This document shows, one piece after another, positions 52,109 to 64,000 of a stretch of 64,000 nucleotides of DNA. The stretch comes from Octopus bimaculoides (lineage: Eukaryota), in NCBI RefSeq assembly GCF_001194135.2, contig NC_068996.1, forward strand, positions 9,367,436 to 9,431,435, written 5' to 3'. A program made the translations under genes and the position numbers. Within the stretch, counting starts at the first letter, position 1. Each line of letters opens with the position of its first letter. The notes beneath the pieces are model-generated. The model was not told where the DNA came from. It saw only the letters and a list, made by a program, of their open reading frames with translations, and did not search any database.

Positions 52109-54512
52109 GCTGCTACTAGTAAGTCCTGTTATGTGGTGCCTGAGAAATAGGAGAAAGAAAGAGAGGGGGGAAAGAGAGTGAGTACGTGTGATGTCAGTTT
52201 CACTGGCTATTTACTTTATTTTGTTTTTGACTTTCTTTTACAAACTATTATTCATAAGGTAAGTTTCAGGTGTGGTGTGTCTACAAGCCGTTTCAAATGT
52301 TAGTTTATTTAATCATAACTTTATGAACTGTCATCATCACTGTCAGGTACCAGATGACTAAAAGCACACCCTTGTTCGCTACAGCACAGTTTCCATGACC
52401 AAGACACTTAAATATCAACAGACTGGTCTACCTAGCTGCAAGTTGGCACCAAGTGTACGTCACTTCTGTACTGTATTCATGACTAAGCTACTTGCCTCTG
52501 AACAATCCAGTTCACCAAGATGTGAGTAGGTACCGTAGTGTGATGTATCCCACCATATAGAATTTATGACAAAGACAACTATCAACAGTCCAGTCGACCT
52601 ATTTGTGAGATGGTACCACAGTGCAGTATAGTTTGCTATACTTTGTCTATAACCAAGATGCTTAACTATCAAGTCCAGTCTGTATAGCTGTACATAGGTA
52701 GCACTTTGTGGTATAGTTCACTGTATAATGTTTCAAAACCAAGAAACTTTGTCAGCCAGCCAGTCTATCTAAATAGAAGTAGGTACAATACTGTGCTGTG
52801 TCCAAGAACAAGATATTTAACTCTTTGGTAAACATCTTTCTGTTGAAATATGTATCCTTTGTTTCAATTACTTCTGAAAGTAACGAAGAATTTGGTAAAA
52901 CAACTTTGTCATTATTAACTTGGCATTATGGATATAAATTAATGTGAAATTTTGATGGCAAGTATCCAAGTTTCCTTTAGAACAAGGAATAGTTCAGAAT
53001 TTCATGAACGATATACCAAGACATGTAACTGTCAACAATCTATCCATCCATCCATCTGCAAGTTGTGTCACCCACTGTATTGTGCCTACAATCAAGATAT
53101 CTAACTGCCAGTGAATTCTACAGAATGGTATATAGTCCATTGTACTGTCTCCATAACCAGGATACTTATCTGCATATATCCACCTGGTTATGAATAGTTT
53201 CCTGGGTATAATATAGTTCAGTGTATCGTGTCCATGCCATTCATTTCATTAGTGTGTCGTGATAAACCACTGTTGTTGTTCAGCTCCAGTTTGTCCTGAT
53301 CGAGCAGATCCATAGTGAAAAACATTCCCCTCTTGAGCATCCTTTTTTTTGCTTTTTGTTTTGAAGGCACAGTGTTTGAAAGAGGATTTGGCTGTTACAT
53401 ACATACATACATACTCACACACATACATATGCATACAGACACATACATACAAACATATACACACACACATGCATACATCTATCTGAGGAAGCCATGTATT
53501 CACCTCTTCTGCAAGATGCCTGTTCCTGGCCATCTACCATACCTTCACCTCCCTCAGTACTGTGCCCCACTCGGTTGAGGGCTCTTGTCCTGCAGGTTAC
53601 CAGTGATCTCCCCCCCCTCAACCACCACTGCTAGTGCTGATACTATAGAATTAAAAGAACCCCTGTACATTGTGTGAATGGATTGGTGTTACAAAGGACA
53701 TCCAGCTGTAGAAACCGTTCCAAAGCAGTCATTGGAACTCAACACAGTCCTCAGATTCATCAGTTCAACTATACAAACAATGATGATTTTAAACACACAC
53801 TCATCTACTCACACACACACACAATCACACACACACACACACATACACACACATACATATATAGTTCGCTAGCATATGTAATTGTCGATGTTTGCTCCCA
53901 CAACTCCTGACAAGTGTTGGTTTGTTTATGTTCCCAATTCAGTGATACAGCAAAAAATAATAATAATAATAATAATAAATAAAACAATAGAATATGTTCC
54001 AGGTTTAAAAAAAAAATAATTATGAAATATGTACTGGAGTTGATCCAAGGTTGTGTCCAAGCATGGCCGGAGTCCAATGACTGAACTAGTGTGTGCATGT
54101 GAGTGTATACGTGTGTGTGTGTGTGTGTGTGTGTTCACTAGAAGTTTTGTCGGAGCAAATAATTTTTCAGACATGTTAACTTGTTGATGATGTTCATGTC
54201 GTTGCTGCTGCTGCTGTTTATAGCATTGCACTCAGTCAACCTTGATCGAACAGACTTGTGATTTTTAATGATTAAAGACAGTCCGTCGTCGCCAGGTGTA
54301 ACCCTCACCACCTGGTCGTTGGGCGGGTGCGTCTAATGGAAGCCAGTGTTGCAAGCCTTTTCGTTTTTGTTTTGTTTTGTTTTTCAGATTAGGTTTCCGG
54401 TCTGATGATAAACTTGCTACCTTCCTCCCATCAATCACTGAAGCTCTGAGAAGGGATTAAATCTCTCTGTCTCTGTCTCTATTGCGTGTCCGCATGCACA
54501 CAAACATACACA

Positions 54513-54940
54513 CAGGACAAGATTCAGACCTAGCAGGGCCCCTGGGCGGTTTCTAAGCCCCTTGATTTCTACAGCTGGATACCCTTTCTAATGTCAATTA
54601 GGCAATAAAGTGACCCATATTAAATCTAGGAACCCTAGAACTTAAAAGGGGCTCAGTAGATTCAGTTAAATTTAATGGCTTTTTAAATGTAAAAGGGCCT
54701 AATGAATTAATAGAGAGCGCTATAGTTTTAAAAGATTTCTATTGAATTAAAAAAGAATTATACAAGTGAAAAAATTAAAAATTATTAATGCTATTGTTGT
54801 AAATATATGTTTTTAATTTTCAACTTTAAGCTTTAGCCTTCTCTGAGTTAAAGGCCCTCACCCTCTCCAAGTTTGGTGTGGGGGGGGGGGGGGGTCCTTG
54901 GGCCATGGCTTGTATTACCTCATACGTAAATCTGGCCCTG
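54513..54940. mobile_element. hAT-type MITE with CAGGGCC-like termini
   Basis: caggacaagattc / aaatctggccctg imperfect TIRs around an AT-rich interior. Confidence 0.45.
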
Positions 54941-56554
54941 ACACTTACACATACATGCATATACTCAAGAGAAAGTGCCGAATGACCACATCGAGTCTTG
55001 ACCATTGATTCGAAAGAAACCAGCATATTAATTATCCTAGAGAAAAGAAAATAATATTGTTGTATGTGTTGCTTTTTCGCCTACAAGAATCTGAGATAAA
55101 ATGCCAACCACTTTCATTCGAAAAAAAAAAAACCATAAAAAAAGTCGATAATCGCTGAGAAAGTTGCAAAAAGAAACAGCAACAAAAGAATTTCGACAAA
55201 GATATTTTATCAATGAACGGAATTGAACCAGTGTGTGTGTGTTAATCGTATTGGCATGATGACTCTCCCTAGACACAACAAAAAAGGGATCGCTTTAATG
55301 GAACAGAGTGCAGGCAGTCTTTCTGGTTTCTTGGTTGTTCTTCGCTATTGTTATTGTTGGTCTGAAAAGAGAGATTCAGAAAGTTATAAATTTTCCTAAG
55401 ACCATGAACTTTAAACTGGTGTTGTAACATTAATGCCTGGGAAGTTTAAATACCAGAGCTAGTAGTTAGACGCAAAAGAAGAAATAAATAAGTGGAAAAG
55501 AGAGAGAAGAAAAAAAAATTGTGTAATTAATAGCAGAAGAGAAAGGAGAAAAGAGGAGGAGCTGACAATTAAAGGACAAAAAAAAGTAAATGTGTGTTTG
55601 TGTGTGTGTATACATACATAAACATGCATGCACATGCAAACTCACATTCTAAATACGCTTTATATACGCACGCAAGAAATGTACGTACTTGTCTGTATAC
55701 ACACACACACACATATACACGTAGCGTACGTATGCGTATAATATTTATCCCACCCACCTACCTAAGCATCCATGAGGCACACAGAGAGAAACCCATACAT
55801 TTTATGCATAAATACATTTACAATATATTACAATGAGCAGGGGAAACAAACATAATTTGCACAACCTACACATACATACACACATACACACACACGTACA
55901 TACACACACGTACATACATACGTGCACACAAACACACTCCCTCCCACTTCTAGTGTTTCTAGAAGATCACATGTCCGGCTATTGAAAGACTTTTGTTTAA
56001 GACTATGTCAAGGTTAATAGATGGCCCAACCTTTCAACGATGATGATGATGTTGCTTGTGGTGGTGGTGGTGGTGGTGGTGTTGATGATGATGATGGTGT
56101 TGGAGGTGGATAGTGGCCTGTGGAAGGGGATGGCGAGCTTGTTTTTCTACTCTCTGTTCTATTGTCTATAACCCCACCCTTTTAAACATATTATTGTCAA
56201 CTACCTCTCACACTCACACATATACACACACACATTCGCGCAGGCACTGCATTCTCATAAACAAATAGCCTGTCTCTCCTCCTCCTCGTCCTCCTCTCTG
56301 TTTCTCCCAATTCAATCGCTTTAGATCTCTTTATCTTAACTTTCTCTCCCTCTCTTTGTTTCAATCTCCTTATAGCGTTTCTCTCCCTCTCACACTATCA
56401 TTCTCTCCTTCTCTACAATGACACCCTCTCCTTCCTCACTTTATCTTTTGTGTGGTGTGTGTGTGTGTTCTCGCCCTTATTCTCCCTCTATTCTCTAATA
56501 TATCCAACTCCCTGAAGCTATTCTTATAAATGTCCTTATACCCCTTAAACCCTC

Positions 56555-56592
<38 letters not shown>

Positions 56593-56689
56593 GAACACAT
56601 TAAAAACTCCTTATACATCCATCAATTTGTTTTTGTTTTTGTTACATTGAACTTCTTCAAACATTGCTTCTGAATAGTTTTATGGAGAA

Positions 56690-56744
<55 letters not shown>

Positions 56745-57367
56745 ATCAACACCATTCCTCCTCCACCCATTGTTTTTTTTAATTATACCACCATTGCTCA
56801 TCTGATAATGTATCTGTCTCTTTCATTACATTGTATATTTTATATTTCGCTTGTTTCAGTTATTAGTCTGTGGCCATGCTGGGGCACTTGCCTTAAAAGG
56901 TTCGCTCTAGGAAATCGACCCTCCCCCAGTTCTTATTTATTTATTTATTTGGGAGTGGTGGCTTAAAATATGTTACTTATTCTATCGGTCTCTTTTACTG
57001 AACCACTAAGTTACAGGGACATAAACAAACCGACACAGGTTGTCAAGCATTAGTGGGAGACAAACACAACACAAACACAGTCATTCACACAGATATATGA
57101 TGGCCTTCTGTCAGTTTTCATCTAGCAAATCCACTCATAAGGCTTTTGGTCAACTCTTCTACAATAGTAGAAAACAGGCTCAAGTTGTTGCACAGTGGAA
57201 CTGAAACCAAGACTGCATGGTTGGGAATCAAACTTCTTAACCACACAGCCACAGCTGTGCCTAATTGAGATTCTTTTATTGTATTTATTTGCATACTCTG
57301 TATTCAGTACAACATCATGCAGTATTACTTATATATAATTATTCATATATGGTTAGTCTTGACAGAG

Positions 57368-57630
57368 CAGTAGTTCCCAAAGTGGGTAGTATTGCCCCCC
57401 TGAGGGTGATGGAAAGTTCCAAGGGGGCGTTGAAGAAAAGTGGGGGTGATAATAGGGTAGCAATTCATGTAAAAACAACAAAATAATGGGATTTATTAGT
57501 TTAAGTTTTATTTGTGAAATACAGTTGCTTTGAATTTGCTTCAGAAAGAAGTCTATGTTTGTGGCAGTTAGTCGGGTGGGGACTCTAGGTGTTAAGGGGG
57601 TGGCAGCCCGATAAAGTTTGGGAACCACTG
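57368..57630. mobile_element. hAT-type MITE
   Basis: TIRs cagtagttcccaaa / tttgggaaccactg; TSD decayed. Confidence 0.7.
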
Positions 57631-59529
57631 ATCTAGAATGTAGAATTAAAATGCCTTATGACATTTGTTTCAGTCTTCCAGAATCATTCTAAGTTCAAGT
57701 CGCACAAAGATGAACTTTACTGTTCCATTCCTCCAGGGTCAATAAAATTAGTTACCAGTCAAGTAATGCTCCGGTCAATTTAATTGATTTACCCCCTCCC
57801 CTCAAACTGTTATCCTTGTTCTAAATTAGAAACAGCTTATATGTTTAATCTTGCCAATCAAAATATACGCCATACATCACCACTAACAACAAACTACAAA
57901 ATCATGAAGCTTGTGATTAACAACATTCATCATCGCCATCATTACCAACATCACAATCATAATCGTCGTTGTCGTTGTCATCAGCTTCATCATCACCATT
58001 TAACATTTGTTTTCCATGCTAATATGAGCTGGATAATTTTATTGGATCCAGCAAGCCACAGGCCTGCGCTATAAGCCCTGGGGTCATCTTTGGGGTGTTT
58101 TCTACAGCCATTTGCTCTTCCTAACATCAACTCCATAACGGAATGAACCAGGTGCTTCTTTCCATGCCACTGGCACTAGTGATGTCACCAAGTAATTTGC
58201 AGGACAGAAAAAGAAAAATGGAAAGGGTAGCGGTAGGGGGCACTTCGTCATCACCTCCGGGTGGTGGGTATTGGGTAATGGATAGGGGCTCTATGCCAGA
58301 TGTTGAGAGGATGAAGTATGAAAGCATAGGTGTCTTGCTATAGAGAAGATATATATATAAGGGTGCTTTGCATCATATAAGGGTGAGTAGATGTAACTGG
58401 GGAAGAAGATGAGGAAGATCAAGAAGGTAGTTATAGGAATGCCAGAGCAAACTCTCAAAGTGCAAGAAGGTGAGCATAAGAGGGGGTATATGGTCTGTGG
58501 GGAAAAGGGGTGAGAAGGCGGGTAGGGATGAATGTATTGAGTGATGAGCAAGGGTAGATGAGTTGCAGTTAATGGGAAATATCAGTATGGGGAGGGGGTA
58601 AGGTAGGAGAGATGGTTGTGGCTCAGGAAGATATTTGGGGCGGAGGGGGGGTCGGTATGTAAACATTCTGCTTGCTAATTGATTTAAAATGCAGTAGTGT
58701 GATGGACAGCATAAATTTTCACTGTAACTCTCTCACCCACCCTCTTCCTCTCACTCTCTCTCCCCTCTCCTTCCCTCTCTTTCTTTCTCTCTCTCTCTCT
58801 TCAATATCCTGCAATAACTTAGGAGTTAACCTAATTCTCATTTAAGAATTTTTGGCTATGTGGCAAGAAGCTTGCTTCCCAACATATGGTTCCAGATTCA
58901 GCCCCACTGCGTGGTACCTCGGGCTAACCAAAAGCTTGTGAGTGGATTTGATAGACAAAAACTGAAAGAAGTCCATCATATANNNNNNNNNNNNNNNNNN
59001 NNNNNNNNNNNNNNNNNNNNNNNNNNNNNNNNNNNNNNNNNNNNNNNNNNNNNNNNNNNNNNNNNNNNNNNNNNNNNNNNNNNNNNNNNNNNNNNNNNNN
59101 NNNNNNNNNNNNNNNNNNNNNNNNNNNNNNNNNNNNNNNNNNNNNNNNNNNNNNNNNNNNNNNNNNNNNNNNNNNNNNNNNNNNNNNNNNNNNNNNNNNN
59201 NNNNNNNNNNNNNNNNNNNNNNNNNNNNNNNNNNNNNNNNNNNNNNNNNNNNNNNNNNNNNNNNNNNNNNNNNNNNNNNNNNNNNNNNNNNNNNNNNNNN
59301 NNNNNNNNNNNNNNNNNNNNNNNNNNNNNNNNNNNNNNNNNNNNNNNNNNNNNNNNNNNNNNNNNNNNNNNNNNNNNNNNNNNNNNNNNNNNNNNNNNNN
59401 NNNNNNNNNNNNNNNNNNNNNNNNNNNNNNNNNNNNNNNNNNNNCGTGGTTGGATGTATAAAAGATAATAAGAGTGAAAAAACTACAGAAGGCTTGTGTT
59501 ACATGGTTAAAGTATATATTTCAATTATG

Positions 59530-59645
59530 TCAGAAAAATGTTATAAAATTTTTTTGGTATATAAACATTGTATTTTGGAGAAATAACCGGTTTCGTGTTG
59601 TCTTTTCAAATTTCTCTACTTCATTGTAACATGTGTTCACTCCAT
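59530..59645 (-). mobile_element. Penelope-like relic with U3-A8 hammerhead motif (59578-59617)
   Basis: Minus strand GAGAAAT-TTGAAAA-GACAACAC-GAA-ACCGGT-T-ATTTTCTC; adjacent to (TA)n. Confidence 0.5.
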
Positions 59646-59701
59646 ATATATATATATATATATATATAAAACAATAATAAATGAGTATATGCATATATAC
59701 G

Positions 59702-59736
<35 letters not shown>

Positions 59737-60013
59737 GTGTGTGTGTCTTTGTACCTGTGTTTGTTCACCCACCCACCCCACCACCGCTTGACAACCGGTG
59801 CTAGTGTGTTTACATCCACATAACTTAGCAGTTTTGCAAAAGAAACCAATAGAATAAATACTAGGCTTTAAAAATAAGCTCTAGAGTTGATTTGCTCAAC
59901 TAAAATCCTTCAAGGCGGTGTTCTGGCATGACCACAGTCAAATAACTGAAACAAATAAAAGAATGTGTGTGTGTATGTATATATATATATAATGTGTGTG
60001 TGTGTGTGTTTGT

Positions 60014-60195
60014 CATGATAGATCATTAGCCACTAAGCCTTTTACTATTTTCTCTCCCTGTTTATTTCTGTGTTCCTTTCCGTCGAAGAGTATAGGCTCG
60101 AAACGTAAAAGACTTTCTCACTTCCCGAGCATTAAACTAATACATCTGTTTCTTGTTTACACACCCATTTTCATTTTTTGTTTTTTTGTAAATTC

Positions 60196-60200
<5 letters not shown>
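60014..60200 (+). mobile_element. Penelope-like terminal relic with degenerate hammerhead geometry (60076-60111)
   Basis: CTTT-CCGTCGAA-GAGT atag GCTC-GAA-ACGT-A-AAAG; ends at (TA)n. Confidence 0.45.
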
Positions 60201-60225
<25 letters not shown>

Positions 60226-60226
<1 letters not shown>

Positions 60227-61260
60227 CATCATCATCATCATCGTTTAACGTCCGCTTTCCATGCTAGCATGGGTTGGACGATTTGACTGAGGACTGGTGA
60301 AACCGGATGGCAACACCAGGNNNNNNNNNNNNNNNNNNNNNNNNNNNNNNNNNNNNNNNNNNNNNNNNNNNNNNNNNNNNNNNNNNNNNNNNNNNNNNNN
60401 NNNNNNNNNNNNNNNNNNNNNNNNNNNNNNNNNNNNNNNNNNNNNNNNNNNNNNNNNNNNNNNNNNNNNNNNNNNNNNNNNNNNNNNNNNNNNNNNNNNN
60501 NNNNNNNNNNNNNNNNNNNNNNNNNNNNNNNNNNNNNNNNNNNNNNNNNNNNNNNNNNNNNNNNNNNNNNNNNNNNNNNNNNNNNNNNNNNNNNNNNNNN
60601 NNNNNNNNNNNNNNNNNNNNNNNNNNNNNNNNNNNNNNNNNNNNNNNNNNNNNNNNNNNNNNNNNNNNNNNNNNNNNNNNNNNNNNNNNNNNNNNNNNNN
60701 NNNNNNNNNNNNNNNNNNNNNNNNNNNNNNNNNNNNNNNNNNNNNNNNNNNNNNNNNNNNNNNNNNNNNNNNNNNNNNNNNNNNNNNNNNNNNNNNNNNN
60801 NNNNNNNNNNNNNNNNNNNNNNNNNNNNNNNNNNNNNNNNNNNNNNNNNNNNNNNNNNNNNNNNNNNNNNNNNNNNNNNNNNNNNNNNNNNNNNNNNNNN
60901 NNNNNNNNNNNNNNNNNNNNNNNNNNNNNNNNNNCTCTCTTGCACACCACAACTGATGCTTCTAATGTTCAGCTTTTCTCTCAAGATATTTACACTCTGA
61001 CGGGTATTCACATTGACATTACACATCCAACGGAGCATACTGGCTTCATTCCTTGCGAGCTTACGTATGTCCTCAGCAGTTACAGCCCATGTTTCACTGC
61101 CATGTAGCATGGCTGTTCGTACGCATGCGTCATACAGTCTGCCTTTTACTCTGAGTGAGAGTCCCTTTGTCGCCAGCAGGGGTAAGAGCTCTCTAAACTT
61201 TGCCCAGGCTATTCTTATTCTAGCAGCTACACTTTCAGCGCACCCACCCCCACTACTAAC
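60226..61260 (-). mobile_element. RTE-clade LINE fragment of the same family, spanning an assembly gap
   Basis: MLHGSETWAVTAEDIRKLARNEASMLRWMCNV at 60935-61260; tail (GAT)n at 60226-60243. Confidence 0.85.
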
Positions 61261-62786
61261 TTATGTGTGAGTGTGTGTGTGTGTGTGGTACTAGAGCTGA
61301 TTTGTTTGACTAAACTCATCAAGGTTGTGCCCCAACATGGCCCCAGCTTGATCACTGTAACAAGTAAAAACAGGAGATAAATTGTTTTGTGCAAACAATG
61401 CTTAGTTCCTCACAGTTTGTGTGTGTGTGGTTAACTCCTATACTGTATAAGCATGTGGAGAACGAATTTTGTGAATGTCCTATTTTCTCATGCTCTCATG
61501 GGTTAGGTATATCTGCTGTGCCAACATATTATTGTCATTACTTCTGAATACCATGTCACTTTGTTTGACCCAGCATTCTAAGATTTGACCTCTCCATCTG
61601 CCTATGTCTACCTTGGCCTTCACCGCTTTTTCAACCAGCCATCATTGTCCATTTGCATAATATGCATTGTACAGCTGCAAGCAAGCCAACGTGCTAGAAA
61701 TAGTTGTCGAATTTTCTTTAAATCACAGGACTTACCTACCATCTTTAAAAAAAAGAAAATGGAAATGTTGGATAATGTTAAGGTACTAGAAACTTCTAAA
61801 CACCGCCCCCCCCCCACACACACACACACCCAAAAGACAGGAAGACCATGGTTGAAATAATTTTCATCATAGATCTGCTCAATTATGGCTCACCTGCAGA
61901 TAATTGTCACTTACCAATGCAGGTATTTCATATATTATAACAGTAAGGAAATATTACCTTATTTGAAAACAGGTAAGGGTTGGTGATAGGAAATGCATCC
62001 AGTCCTCACTGCATAGAAAACTTGCCTCAACAAATTCTGCCTGACCCATACAAGCGTGGAAAAGTGGATGTTAAAATACGATGATGTTATATTTTAGTTG
62101 ATATTTGTTAGTTCATGGTGCCACATAAAAAAGCCTGTGTGGCACCACATAAAAGCATCTGTACAGTGCCATGTAAAAGGCACCCAGTGCACTCTGTAAA
62201 GCGGTTGGTATTAGGAAGGGCTTCTATCCATACAAACCATACCAAATCAGACTGGAGCAGCTCCTCAAGTTTACCAGCCCTGGTTAAACCATCCAACCTA
62301 TGCCAGCATGGGCAACAGACATTAAATGATGATGGTGGCGGTGGTGGTGATGAAAACAATGAAGTTAGTTGTTCCATCCTGTGTGTTGTATATATCCCCA
62401 CCATCTGTTGATAGGCTTCAAAGCCCTCTTGAAATATTCAGTGCCATCTGATCATTCTGAATTCTCTTACCTTCTCAGTACAGTTTTTTGCATGCTGGGG
62501 ATCTTGGTTCTGTAGGACATGGCTAGCCACTAACATTCACCATTTTGTTACCTTTTCTTAGAATCTTCATCATGACAATATTGTAGAGACTTCTTCACTA
62601 CTGATATAATTATGGTAGGAAATTCTGGTATTTTTCCTCTATCAGCTTTGTTGAAAGACACTAAATTTCGGTAGTGGTTGTAAGTGATAATTGTATGCGC
62701 ACGCACACAAATGTGTTAAAGATGAAATCAAGATTCTTGCTTTTAACTGCTGGCAGTTTCAGAACTTTTCATCTCCTTTTCTTCAG

Positions 62787-62801
62787 ACTAAACAACATGT
62801 G
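62787..62801 (+). CDS. Candidate 15-nt microexon of the KLF-like gene: (E)LNNM(W/C)
   Basis: ttttcatctccttttcttcag|ACTAAACAACATGTG|gtaagt. Open in phase 2, the phase left by the 39269-39359 exon; phase 1 would give a stop. Confidence 0.5.
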
Positions 62802-63000
62802 GTAAGTATTGGATAGTAGAGTTTACAACTGGAATGGTCAGAGCAAGCCAGTAACATCCAATGCCAAAACGAATGCGTTGAAGGATTTATAAAGAAATTA
62901 TTCAAATAGCCCAGGACTCAATCACAGGCTGCTGCACTTGAAGAAAGACAGCTAAAACGCTTTGAAACTTTTAATAGTTCACAGCCTGAGCTTTTAGTTT

Positions 63001-63044
<44 letters not shown>

Positions 63045-63099
63045 CACGTGTGTATTACAGTTTTTAAAAAACAGTGTGTGTACATATATGTATATCATC

Positions 63100-63960
63100 C
63101 TCATCATTTAGTGTCTGTTTTCCATGCTGGTATGGGTTAGATGGTTTGGAACTGGTAAGCTGGAGAGCTGTGCTAGGCTCCAGTCTGATTTTGGCTTAGT
63201 TTTTACAGCTGGTTGCCTTTCCTAATGCCAACCACTCCAAGAGTGTAGTGGGTGCTTTTTATGCGTCACTGGCACGAGTGCCTGATACATGTTACCAGCA
63301 CACAAGCGTCCTTACATTGTGCCCCTTATATGTCACTAGCACAAGTGACTTTTGCATGTCACCAGCATGGGTGCCTTTTATGTGTCACCAGCACTAGCCA
63401 CAACTATGATTTCACTTTGCTTGGCAAGTCTTTTCAAGCACAGCAAACCGCCAGTAGTTTCAGCCATTTGTCATTGCCTCCATGAGACCCAACATCCGAA
63501 GATCATGCTTCACCACCTCGTCCCATGTTTCCTGGGTCTACCTCTTCTGCAGGTTCCCTCCACAGTTGGAGATTGGCTCTTCCTTACATAGCTGTACTCA
63601 TCCATATGCATCACATGACCATACGAATGCAGTTGACTCTCTTACACACCACACTTGATAATTCATGCCTAATTTTTCTCTAAAGATGCTTACACTCTGT
63701 TGTACATGCACACTGACATTGCACATTCAGTGGAGCATGCCAGCTTCATTTCTTTCAAGCCTACACATGTCCTCAGCTGTCACAACCCATGTTTCACTGC
63801 CATGTAGCATGGCTGTTTTCACACAGGCATCATACAATCTACCTTTCACTCTGAAGGAGAGGCCCTTTGTTACCAACAAGGGTAGGAGCTCTCTGAACTT
63901 TGCCCAGCCTATTCTTGTTCTAGCAGCTACACTCTTGGAACCCCCCCCCCTACTGCTGCC
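63100..63960 (-). mobile_element. RTE-clade LINE, 5'-truncated (ORF C-terminus plus 3' UTR)
   Basis: Minus strand reads VAARTRIGWAKFRELLPLL...KGRLYDACVKTAMLHGSETW...GHVMHMDE...RRGRP, followed by the family 3' UTR and (GAT)n-like tail. Confidence 0.9.
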
Positions 63961-64000
63961 TTGATCTCCTAGCTAACGAAAGCTATCGATGACTTTTAGG

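Noticed and set aside
60287-60310. CTGAGGA-ctggt-GAAACCGG in the RTE 3' UTR
   Set aside because: There is no helix II and no U at position 16.1.

Overview
AT-rich animal genomic DNA from a gapped draft assembly. The repeat landscape (dense tRNA-derived SINEs, RTE 3' ends with (GAT)n tails, abundant TA/CA/GA microsatellites) suggests an octopus/coleoid genome; this is an inference. The window holds the 5' part of one + strand gene with very long introns. I assembled four phase-compatible exons (6523-6720, 7428-7533, 39269-39359 and a 15-nt microexon 62787-62801). They encode an Ala-rich N-terminus followed by PVQTEPVDLSLNK, the CtBP-binding signature of KLF3/8/12-type Kruppel-like factors. The zinc fingers are not in the window. 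Almost all other ORFs in the track are microsatellite, N-gap or transposon artefacts. The introns carry SINEs, RTE and RLE-type LINE relics, a mariner relic, and piggyBac-, hAT- and Tc1-type MITEs, several of them nested. The most notable unexplained signal is a set of hammerhead-ribozyme motifs. One is a near-complete type I hammerhead in a 331-bp head-to-tail repeat (retrozyme-like, 41049-41512). One is a CUGACGA core at the centre of a 121-bp fold-back (36335-36671). Two are antisense motifs with a compensated U3-A8 core, and two are decayed copies. Most sit next to (TA)n tracts, as expected for Penelope-like element relics.
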